DNA of 32,000 nt, taken from Opitutales bacterium. GTDB taxonomy: Bacteria > Verrucomicrobiota > Verrucomicrobiia > Opitutales > PNEW01. The number at the start of each line of letters is the position of its first letter. Position 1 is the stretch's first letter. Positions 25,301 through 32,000 of this stretch are shown here, piece after piece. The DNA is taken from NCBI GenBank assembly GCA_965219535.1, contig CBDCNV010000001.1, forward strand, positions 1,080,001 through 1,112,000, written 5' to 3'. Position numbers and translations under genes: made by a program. The notes under the pieces were generated by a model that was given only the letters and a program-made list of their open reading frames with translations, was not told the DNA's origin and made no database searches.

Positions 25301-27869
25301 AGGCACGGCCAAACTGATTCAGATCTCTATTGGCGATGAACATATCCCCAATAGTTTCTTAGAAGCTTTTATGGTTTCAGATTATCAGCTCTACCAGGAT
25401 CGAAAAGAAATAGTGACACCGCCGACCGCTAATTTTCTCAATGTCAAAGTGACACCGGATGCTGAAGGTTATCAACCTGGTGAAAAAGGAAGCTACACTT
25501 TAGAGGTTACGGATCATGGGGGAGAACCGGTTTCTGCGGAAGTCTCTTTGGGTCTCGTCGATGAAGCGGTTTATACTATTCAATCCGAGTTAGCGGGTGA
25601 TATCCGACAATTTTTCTACGGTAGTAAGCGGGGGTATGGCATACGCAACGCAAGCACTTTTGAGCAGAAATCTTACCTTCGCCTCCAACCTGAACAATCC
25701 AAGGATAATGTTTACCGTGAGAACGGACGTCAGGTTATACGGCGTGAAGGTTTTGAGAAAGGCGATCTCACCATGCGATCGGCTGGTGTGTGGGGTGTTT
25801 ATGCGACGGATGAATTAGGCATGGTTCTCCAGGAGGAAGGTGAGTTTGCGGACAACGCAAAAAGTCCAGGGGGCGACGATCCTTCAGTCGTGGTGCGCAC
25901 CGATTTTCGCGCGACCGCTTTTTGGCAACCGGATGTCCTGACCGACGAAAATGGCAGGGCGAAGATCGATCTCACCTTTCCCGATTCATTAACGACATGG
26001 AAAGCTAAGGCGCGTGCGGTTTCCCTCCATAACCGTTTTGGTGATGGTGAAAGTGATGTTCAGACACGGTTGCCACTTATTGCCCGTTTACAAGGGCCAC
26101 GCTTTTTTGTTGCCGGAGATACCCTGATAATTTCTGGAATTTTCAACAATAATACGAGCCGTTCAATGCGCGTTCAACCATTATTGGAAGCAACAGGAGT
26201 TGAAGTTGAAGGTTACCTCAACGATAGTGGTGAACTCATTAAAGGCATTTCCAACCCTTTTATCATGGCGGCTGAATCGGAAAAACGTGTCGATTGGCAG
26301 GTAAAAGTAAACGCGCCCGGTGAAGTTAAGTTCAAACTAATTGGCAAAAGTGAAAGGTACGGCGATGCGATGGAAAAAAGTTTTCCCATCTATGAACATG
26401 GGTTGGAGAAATTTGTAGGAAAATCCGGCAAAGTGCGTGGCGACCAGATTACCGTTTCACTTGATCTTCCAAAGCAACGAAAGAAAGAATCAACTGCATT
26501 GAGTATTCAAGTGACACCTAGCATGGCAGTGACGATGTTAGATGCGCTCCCTTATCTCATCGATTACCCCTATGGCTGTAGCGAACAGACGATGAGCCGT
26601 TTTTTACCGGCGGTAATCGTTGCCAATACCTTGAGTAAGCAGGGAATTGATCCAGAGACAATAAAAGGTAAAATGTTTGGTGGCATAGAAAGAAAATATA
26701 TTACGGATACCCATCCTAGTGGACGTCGTGATTTGAGTGAACTCGATGCGATGGTAAGTAAAGGGTTGCGCCGATTATACGATCTTCAACATGCCAGCGG
26801 TGGTTGGGGTTGGTGGGAAGAAGATGATGACGACCATTTTATGTCCGCCTATGTCACTTGGGGTCTTACTTTAGCCCAGGGTGCTGGAGTTGAAATTGAT
26901 CGATCGGTTTTACAACGGGCTCAAGAATTTCTTGAAAAGGAAATTATTGAGGAAGAATTTGAATATGATCTGCAAGCGTGGATGCTTCACGCATTATCTA
27001 CGCGTTTTCTCGTCGAGGAAGAGAAGAAACCTTCGCGATTCGAAGCCAAAGCGTTTCTTAATTTAATGAAAAACCGTGAGCAGCTCAATGTATACACGCG
27101 TGCTCTTCTTGCGCTCTCAGCTAAACATTTTGGATTCGAAGAGGATGCGCGATTACTCGCTGAAAATTTGCGCAATGGAATAAAAATCGACGAACGACCC
27201 GATCAGTCAATCCTTGTCACTGACAATAATAACAATGATCCATCGGTTATGAAAACAGCACACTGGGGTGAGGATGGCATTTACTGGCGCTGGTCGGATG
27301 GTGGGGTGGAAGCTACTGCCTTTGCCTTAATGGCACTTCTCGCAATTGATCCCAATAGTGATCTCATCGACCCCGTTACTCATTGGCTGGTAAAAAACCG
27401 CCGCGGTTCACAGTGGAGTAATACTCGCGATTCCGCCATTGTCGTTCTTGCGCTCAACGAATATTTAAAAATATCAGGTGAATTGGAATCTGCGCTTGAT
27501 TACGAAGTGCTTGTGAATGGCCAAACGGTAGCGGTTGAGAGTGTTAACTTACAAAATTCTTTAGAAGTACCCAGTACTGTAAGTGTAGATCGCGATTTAA
27601 TAAAAGATGGTCGCAACACTATTGAAATCCGGCGTGTGGCAGGTGATGGTCCGATCTATTTTGCCGTTTATGCAGAATATTTCAGTTTGGAGGAACCTAT
27701 AACCTCGGGTGGGAATGAAATATTTGTCGATCGGCAGTTCTATCGAATCATAAATGTGCCCACTTTGCTCAAGGGATTTTCAGAGGAAAAAGTACTGCTT
27801 GTGGATGGAGAAAGTCTGGAGAGTGGTGAGCGCGTTGAAGTTGTCCTCACCATTGAGGGGGTTAAATAA
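22326..27869 (+). CDS. alpha-2-macroglobulin family protein, thioester type, main part (reading frame ends prematurely)
   Basis: 1847 codons. It has a signal-peptide-like N-terminus (a more canonical one if translation starts at TTG 22371, giving 'MINRYFLFLALIFTSYSWVLG'). This is followed by a TPR-like helical region, a long run of MG-like beta domains, and the thioester motif 'YPYGCSEQT' (Cys-Ser-Glu-Gln at 26577-26588). The frame stops at 27867-27869, before the usual C-terminal domain. Confidence 0.88.
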   Translation: MILSLTSNSPEKGIPLINRYFLFLALIFTSYSWVLGQSDPLTTTTYGELNEKAKSYFDNKSYALAIEVYEEIAALSLTAEQKRAVTFRLADSRWRNEVATESSDHTTLQEARIVMEDIIHDLKNEIHLPQLWAEVEESLADSWWLPRNQRNWGQAWLHYERAFDYWAGSSELQKARSRYLSLAWKISRSPDLHNNNYTYGYYGNYLPLPVLENLISIAVEPQDKAHAHYLMAMTLRSRGGRSQQQSRIGVEFEKALTVGVKTEWYDDALFNYAQWAAQSGFNGYDEEGNLFLEPDYEKALSLYRRLITEYEKGDTRYYDSTVSAIKEITRPTVNLNVPHVFIPGAEVFFNLNWREIETVAISIYPVNLARDVNFSGTRYKPWQWLQAIDLEGKEAIVQLSQSKAAKRPYYPMTDTIRLEEKLSNGAYLIEAKGERETTRDIILVTDASLVLKTTNRQAVGYFCNALTGKPIPEGKLVIWEHRADGRKKIWRRTDRTLTSQGLANFKYNKVSENRSYFACAISENDQAFAISSYNYLTQDNDRAWRIYAYTDRPAYRPDETVYWKAIARQYEGESYFVPKDERITYRIDDPRGSVVDEGEAMINAFGAFLGEMSLTSAMTLGAYRINFRREVDNTWIGSATLFRLEEYKLPEFKVSIALGDGDSASPGAFAMGDSVTGSIQADYYFGGPVPNADVEVVIYRKPFYHWWRPTREFSWYYANTESMGWNRYGGPGQIIKRETLQTDSKGKVVFSFDTPQFSDQDYEFIIEARITDASRREIVMKRSVKVTRQSYFVYLEPEHRIYQPKDRVKIKLNTLDANNRPVGVEGQLRLIRDKWKETWVDDRCREISGQKLGEIKARPAIFQSFTTAPEDYRLISQGYESEEIEVVRIKTNKEGNAEYEFEVPGTGYYRIAWLSRDKSGQPIKGDTAIWTAKENDKELGYRPGGVSIVVDKDTIKVGNKAPIMLTVPAADRYLLFSVGADEIMSTQVVHLEGTAKLIQISIGDEHIPNSFLEAFMVSDYQLYQDRKEIVTPPTANFLNVKVTPDAEGYQPGEKGSYTLEVTDHGGEPVSAEVSLGLVDEAVYTIQSELAGDIRQFFYGSKRGYGIRNASTFEQKSYLRLQPEQSKDNVYRENGRQVIRREGFEKGDLTMRSAGVWGVYATDELGMVLQEEGEFADNAKSPGGDDPSVVVRTDFRATAFWQPDVLTDENGRAKIDLTFPDSLTTWKAKARAVSLHNRFGDGESDVQTRLPLIARLQGPRFFVAGDTLIISGIFNNNTSRSMRVQPLLEATGVEVEGYLNDSGELIKGISNPFIMAAESEKRVDWQVKVNAPGEVKFKLIGKSERYGDAMEKSFPIYEHGLEKFVGKSGKVRGDQITVSLDLPKQRKKESTALSIQVTPSMAVTMLDALPYLIDYPYGCSEQTMSRFLPAVIVANTLSKQGIDPETIKGKMFGGIERKYITDTHPSGRRDLSELDAMVSKGLRRLYDLQHASGGWGWWEEDDDDHFMSAYVTWGLTLAQGAGVEIDRSVLQRAQEFLEKEIIEEEFEYDLQAWMLHALSTRFLVEEEKKPSRFEAKAFLNLMKNREQLNVYTRALLALSAKHFGFEEDARLLAENLRNGIKIDERPDQSILVTDNNNNDPSVMKTAHWGEDGIYWRWSDGGVEATAFALMALLAIDPNSDLIDPVTHWLVKNRRGSQWSNTRDSAIVVLALNEYLKISGELESALDYEVLVNGQTVAVESVNLQNSLEVPSTVSVDRDLIKDGRNTIEIRRVAGDGPIYFAVYAEYFSLEEPITSGGNEIFVDRQFYRIINVPTLLKGFSEEKVLLVDGESLESGERVEVVLTIEGVK

Positions 27870-28254
27870 TTATGAATATCTTGTTTTCGAAGATTTAAAA
27901 GCTGCCGGACTTGAAGCTGTCCAATTGCGCAGTGGTGGAGTGATTCAGGCGCGCGAAATCAAGGCGACGATCGCAAAAGAGGAGGCGGAATCTATTAAAG
28001 AAAGAATCACACCGGGTGATGATAAAGATCGTTTCACGTTGCGTCGTCGTTCCGTCTATCAGGAACTGCGTGACCGCAAAATCGCTTCATTTGTCGATCG
28101 TTTGCCTGAAGGATACTGGGAGATACGCTATCGCTTGAGAGCCGAAGTGCCGGGAGAATTTCACGCGCTCCCCGTTATCGCTCACGCCATGTATACACCC
28201 GAGATCCGCGCGAACGGAAAAGAAATCCGTCTATCGATCAGGGAGCGGAAATAA
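27862..28254 (+). CDS. C-terminal domain of the same alpha-2-macroglobulin, encoded in the +1 frame
   Basis: 'NNYEYLVFEDLKAAGLEAV', 'YQELRDRKIASFVDRLPEGYWEIRYRLRAEVPGEF' and 'AMYTPEIRANG' form the normal continuation of bacterial A2M proteins. The segment has no independent start or RBS. The track ORF 27754..28254 simply begins at an upstream out-of-frame ATG inside the main ORF. Confidence 0.8.
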   Translation, partial: LNNYEYLVFEDLKAAGLEAVQLRSGGVIQAREIKATIAKEEAESIKERITPGDDKDRFTLRRRSVYQELRDRKIASFVDRLPEGYWEIRYRLRAEVPGEFHALPVIAHAMYTPEIRANGKEIRLSIRERK

Positions 28255-28378
28255 GTCAAAAAGTCAAAAAATTGCTAACGCAGTTTTAAGTGTTAAGTGT
28301 TAGGTTTTAAGCGAAGATAATATTCTCAGTTTTCACCCTAAAACCTAAAACTTAACACCTTACACTGAAAATCGTTAG
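28255..28378. repeat. GTCAAAAA x2 followed by a heptamer-word hairpin between convergent genes (possible bidirectional terminator)
   Basis: GTCAAAAAGTCAAAAA starts on the base after the A2M stop codon (28255-28270). The core stem pairs 28290-28311 with 28337-28358 at 20 of 22 positions, with a 25-nt loop. An outer 6-bp stem pairs CTAACG (28275-28280) with CGTTAG (28373-28378), and this overlaps the hemL stop codon. Confidence 0.75.
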
Positions 28379-29652
28379 ATTTTCAATATCCCCGCGCTGA
28401 TTACTTCGGCTGCTTTCTCAAGTGTTTTTTCGTCGTGTGCGGTGCTGATAAAGCACACTTCGTAAGCGGAGGGGGGAAGGTAAACTCCATGATCGAGTGC
28501 GTAGTGAAACAGGGGATTGAATAGCTCTGTATTACTGGCCGTGACGTCATTGAGATTGTTTATCGGTTTTTCAGAAAATAGCATACAGAACACAGAACCT
28601 GCCTGTGGCATCTGTAGCGGTATTCCCTTCTCGTCCGCGGCTTCAAGAATTGACTTTCTTAATTTGCTACCGGCCCGCTCCAATTCATCATAGGGATTTA
28701 ATGTTTCAAGTAAATTGATCGCCGCTATGCCTGCGGCCAGCGCGAGGGGGTTCCCGCTTAAGGTGCCTGCCTGATAGACGGGACCTTGGGGTGCCAGGTT
28801 ATCCATAATCTCAGCTCTTCCACCAAATGCACCCACCGGTAAACCACCGCCGATAATTTTTCCCAGTGCGGTCAGATCTGGTTTAATATCTTCTTTTTCC
28901 TGAACTCCTCCGTATGCGATGCGAAACCCGGATATAACTTCATCAAATATAAGGACGCTGCCATAATTATCACAAAGGGTGCGCAGTTTATTGAGAAATC
29001 CGGATTGCGGTAAGACGAGACCGTTGTTAGCGGGGTAGGGCTCCAGAATGACACCGGCAATATTTTCACCGTGATCGTTAAAGGCATTTTCGATCGCATC
29101 AAAGTCATTGAATGGCAAAACCAGGGTTTCCCCCGCATAACTTTCGGGAATACCGGCACTGTCGGGATTTCCAAAGGTGAGCGCCCCGGAGCCAGCCTTA
29201 ACGAGCAGGGAATCGACATGCCCGTGGTAACATCCGGCAAATTTTATTATTTTATCGCGATGCGTAAAACCGCGGGCGAGTCGAATGCAAGACATCGTTG
29301 CCTCCGTACCGCTATTAACCATACGCACTTTTTCAATCGAGCTTACCGCCTGAGTAATTTTATCTGCCATTTTCACTTCATAGGGATTGGGCGTGCCAAA
29401 GCTCGTTCCTTTGGCCAGGGCTTCATCGATAGCATTAACAATTGTTGGATGACTGTGCCCGTGGATGGCCGGCCCCCACGAGCAGACAAAATCAATCAGT
29501 TCACGACCATCTATAGTAGTGAGCAATGCGCCTTTTGCTTTTTCCGTAAAAAAAGGAGAACCGCCAACGGAACGAAAAGCTCTTACGGGCGAATTCACTC
29601 CACCCGGCATTAACTTCAATGCTTTTTCGAAAAGTTTTTCTGAGTCATTCAT
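28375..29652 (-). CDS. hemL: glutamate-1-semialdehyde 2,1-aminomutase
   Basis: 425 aa. It has '[18 protein letters not shown]', 'FDEVISGFR' and the PLP-lysine context '[16 protein letters not shown]'. Confidence 0.93.
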   Translation of the reverse strand: MNDSEKLFEKALKLMPGGVNSPVRAFRSVGGSPFFTEKAKGALLTTIDGRELIDFVCSWGPAIHGHSHPTIVNAIDEALAKGTSFGTPNPYEVKMADKITQAVSSIEKVRMVNSGTEATMSCIRLARGFTHRDKIIKFAGCYHGHVDSLLVKAGSGALTFGNPDSAGIPESYAGETLVLPFNDFDAIENAFNDHGENIAGVILEPYPANNGLVLPQSGFLNKLRTLCDNYGSVLIFDEVISGFRIAYGGVQEKEDIKPDLTALGKIIGGGLPVGAFGGRAEIMDNLAPQGPVYQAGTLSGNPLALAAGIAAINLLETLNPYDELERAGSKLRKSILEAADEKGIPLQMPQAGSVFCMLFSEKPINNLNDVTASNTELFNPLFHYALDHGVYLPPSAYEVCFISTAHDEKTLEKAAEVISAGILKI

Positions 29653-29686
29653 GATTTAAAAAGTGCTCCGATTAGTATTTTAAAAA

Positions 29687-30020
29687 ATCTTCGTCTTCGT
29701 CCATCTTTTCGTGTTCGTCATATATAAATATAGGTTGCATCCATTTTGTCATCGCGAAGGAGGTGAAGCCGACTGTGGCGATCCAGGGGAATGTCGGTAG
29801 CATAACGTTAGCCCTCTGGATTGCTTCGTCGCGGTGCTCCTCGCAATGACAATGAGAAATAGTAACCTACGACGTGGCAAGCGAAGACTAAGTTTGATGA
29901 AAAAACTCACATGCATACACTACTCTTCCCTGAACCCTGAAACCCTGAACCCTGAACCCTGAACCCTGAACCCTGAACCCTGAACCCTGTACCGAGGGCG
30001 TAGCCCGACATCTTCCACCC
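29687..30020 (+). repeat. Composite repeat element (CTTCGT module, 105-nt palindrome, inverted connector, heptamer array, conserved tail)
   Basis: ATCTTCGTCTTCGTCCATCTTTTCGTGTTCGTCA lies at 29687-29720. An imperfect palindrome spans 29747-29851. CTACGACGTGGCAAG (29867-29881) is the reverse complement of 18600-18614. The heptamer array of 9 units spans 29928-29991. The tail to 30020 is identical to 18923-18951. Confidence 0.85.
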
Positions 30021-30063
30021 TGTACCCCAATCTCTAATCACTCCTACAATCAATATCAAATAA

Positions 30064-31698
30064 TCAACTGACATATCGTTGAACGATAGGGATGCGGCGA
30101 CCGACACCGAATGCAAGGGGCGTTATTTTTAAGCCCGGCGCGGCTTGCTTTCGTTTATATTCATTCAAGTCTACTTTACGAATCACGTCCTTAACGATAG
30201 CTTCATCGAAACCAGCCGCAATTATCTGATCCGAAGATTTACCTTCTTCCACATAGAATTCCAGTATCTGGTCAAGGATATCATAAGGGGGTAGAGAATC
30301 CTCATCTTTTTGGTCTGGTCTTAATTCAGCCGAAGGCGCTTTTTCGATTGAATTCCAAGGTATAATTTCTTTCTCCCTGTTCATCCAACGCGCTAAAGCG
30401 TAGACTTTTATTTTTGGTAAATCGGAAATCACTGCTAGTCCACCTGCCATATCGCCATATAAGGTGCAGTAACCGACGGCTAACTCACTTTTATTTCCCG
30501 TAGTAAGAAGAAGTGCACCGAACTTATTCGAAACAGCCATAAGCAGTACACCGCGGCTGCGCGCTTGAATATTCTCTTCCGTAATATCCCGTTCAACTCC
30601 TTCAAAGATAGAGCTGAGTGATCTTTCCGATGCTTCCACTAACTCAGCTATCGGGAGTTGGTGGTAAGTTATGCCGAGATGCTTTGCCAGTGTCGCTGCA
30701 TCATCTTTACTATGCTGGCTGGAAATAGACGAAGGTAAACTGATTCCGATTACATTTTCACTTCCCAATGCGTCTACCGCGATCGCTGCGGTAATCGCAG
30801 AGTCGATTCCTCCACTCAGTCCAAGAAGGGCTTTCTTGAAACCACTTTTGTGTGCATAATCGCGTAAACCTAAGGTAAGCGCATCGTGGATTGACTCCAT
30901 TTCATCTTGGGATGAGCTATCGACTTCTGTATCAACATCCGATGCGATGACCTGAAGGTCCTCTTTAAAACTATTAAGTATACCGATTGTTTTTCCCTCG
31001 GGCGTGACAACGAGGCTGTTTCCATCAAAAATGAGTTCATCGTTGCCCCCGATGGCATTGCAATAAAATACCGGGCAGCCACAGCGCTCAGCCGCTGCTT
31101 TGACCAATGATTCACGAACATTGCTTTTACCGTTATGCCAGGGACTGGAGGAGAGATTCAGCAGTATATCTATCTTTTCACCTGCAAGTTGCTCGACTGG
31201 ATCCTGGTTGTATCGTTTTCCTTTATCAACGCTGCAACTTGTCCAGATGTCCTCGCAAACAGTGATCCCCAGTTTTAAATCTTTATAAGTTATAATTTGC
31301 GGCTTTCCCGATGCTTCAAAATAACGGTCTTCATCAAATACATCATAAGTAGGTAATAAGCATTTGTGAGTCGTTTGTTTTACTTTACCGCCTTCGCACC
31401 AGGCCGCTGCATTGTAAAAGGGTCGGCCTGTTGTCTCCGTGTTTGGGGCGACATAGCCTATAAGTGCCGGAATATCTTCGGTTTCTGTGGCTATTTCATG
31501 AAGGGACGCCACATTGTCGGGGACAAAACGGCTTTTAAAGAGCAGGTCGCGCGGAGGGTAGCCGGTAATCACCAGCTCGGGAAAGAGAACAAGCTCGGCA
31601 CCATTCTCGCAAAGTTTCCTATAGGCGAGAATTATTTTTTGACGATTACCGACAATATCACCCACTGTCGTATTAATCTGAGCGAGTCCTATCTTCAT
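30064..31698 (-). CDS. nadE: glutamine-dependent NAD+ synthetase (N-terminal CN-hydrolase glutaminase domain plus NAD synthetase domain)
   Basis: 544 aa. The nitrilase-like N-terminal half has 'LVLFPEL' and the catalytic Cys context 'GITVCEDIW'. The C-terminal half has the PP-loop 'GLSGGIDSA'. Confidence 0.9.
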   Translation of the reverse strand: MKIGLAQINTTVGDIVGNRQKIILAYRKLCENGAELVLFPELVITGYPPRDLLFKSRFVPDNVASLHEIATETEDIPALIGYVAPNTETTGRPFYNAAAWCEGGKVKQTTHKCLLPTYDVFDEDRYFEASGKPQIITYKDLKLGITVCEDIWTSCSVDKGKRYNQDPVEQLAGEKIDILLNLSSSPWHNGKSNVRESLVKAAAERCGCPVFYCNAIGGNDELIFDGNSLVVTPEGKTIGILNSFKEDLQVIASDVDTEVDSSSQDEMESIHDALTLGLRDYAHKSGFKKALLGLSGGIDSAITAAIAVDALGSENVIGISLPSSISSQHSKDDAATLAKHLGITYHQLPIAELVEASERSLSSIFEGVERDITEENIQARSRGVLLMAVSNKFGALLLTTGNKSELAVGYCTLYGDMAGGLAVISDLPKIKVYALARWMNREKEIIPWNSIEKAPSAELRPDQKDEDSLPPYDILDQILEFYVEEGKSSDQIIAAGFDEAIVKDVIRKVDLNEYKRKQAAPGLKITPLAFGVGRRIPIVQRYVS

Positions 31699-31766
31699 TA
31701 TAACAAATTTACGTGAATAGAATTGTCATTAGAAAAATTTAATTCTTTTTAAAATAAGAAACTAGT

Positions 31767-32000
31767 ATGAAGTTGATTTGTCAGGTTAACTATAAAATGA
31801 GATTTATTATAAATTTATATCAAGGTTACTCTCATAATCTTGGGCGAAACCTCAAGACAAAGATTTTACCGGTCATTTTATCACTCTTAGCCTGTTTCTC
31901 GCTGGGAATAGTGGCAACAGCAGAAATCGTTACTTTATCTCTCTCGCAGGCTTTAGACATTATTGAGAGTGAGAATTTACAGGTTTTAATCCAACGTCAG
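31767..32000 (+). CDS. TolC-like outer-membrane efflux protein, N-terminal fragment (runs off the window)
   Basis: The frame is open from the stop at 31755-31757 to the window end, with ATGs at 31767 and 31797. A signal-peptide-like 'KILPVILSLLACFSLGIVATA' is followed by 'LSLSQALDIIESENLQVL', which resembles the conserved start of outer-membrane factor (TolC) proteins. It is too short and incomplete to appear in the ORF track. Confidence 0.4.
   Translation, partial: MKLICQVNYKMRFIINLYQGYSHNLGRNLKTKILPVILSLLACFSLGIVATAEIVTLSLSQALDIIESENLQVLIQRQ

Noticed and set aside
29071-29613. Long shadow ORFs antisense to or out of frame with real genes (for example 29071..29613, 5681..6040, 21626..21958, 3479..3808, 16262..16621, 1296..1595)
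   Set aside because: Each lies entirely within a confidently identified gene and has low-complexity or odd composition with no recognisable motifs. They are the kind of spurious frames expected inside genuine coding sequence.
29907-30116. 69-aa - strand ORF ('...GWKMSGYALGTGFRVQGSGF...') overlapping the 3' end of nadE
   Set aside because: It is the same artefact. It is read from the heptamer array and conserved tail of the repeat element, and it runs into the nadE coding region in another frame.
1-32000. Search for a novel multi-gene system (defence, secretion, biosynthetic cluster, mobile island)
   Set aside because: Every ORF longer than ~150 aa has a clear housekeeping-type family assignment. 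There are no nucleases, helicases, NTPases of unknown type, integrases, or clusters of hypothetical genes. I could not see any compositional break by eye. The only unexplained structure is the intergenic repeat family reported above.

Overview
This 32 kb window looks like ordinary chromosomal core genome. It is densely packed with housekeeping genes, mostly on the + strand, and I can give a family-level identity to every long ORF.

Gene order:
- HpcH-type aldolase (5' end cut by the window edge)
- tig-clpP-clpX
- M42 peptidase (-)
- hisA
- class-I flavoprotein disulfide oxidoreductase (-)
- secreted transglutaminase-like protein
- a 7-gene co-directional run: serA-plsY-hom-lysC-thrC-cimA
- PIG-L/LmbE deacetylase (-)
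- rpoZ, smpB, trmL
- MFS transporter (-)
- a ~1975-codon thioester-type alpha-2-macroglobulin, split by a one-base frame change
- hemL (-), glutamine-dependent nadE (-)
- the start of a TolC-like gene

Several starts are GTG or TTG and most genes lack a Shine-Dalgarno sequence. The protein sequences suggest a PVC-type (Verrucomicrobia-like) bacterium, but that is a weak guess.

I see no tRNA or rRNA genes, CRISPR arrays, transposases, integrases, phage genes, toxin-antitoxin pairs or defence-like genes. I found no candidate for a new multi-gene system.

What is unusual lies in the non-coding DNA:
- Six of the eleven spacers longer than 100 nt are filled by a modular family of hairpin-forming elements. 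They are built from tandem 6-8 nt words (CTTCGT, CCCTGAA/CCCCGAA, GTCAAAAR, TTAAGTG), and copies share connector sequences and a sharp common left boundary.
- Three copies carry heptamer arrays that place regularly spaced G3-4 tracts on the - strand. One array has 21 units.
- One copy appears to have been inserted between two convergent genes, duplicating the last codons of one of them.

The second notable point is the alpha-2-macroglobulin frame break. It falls at a G5 run followed by AAA-TAA.
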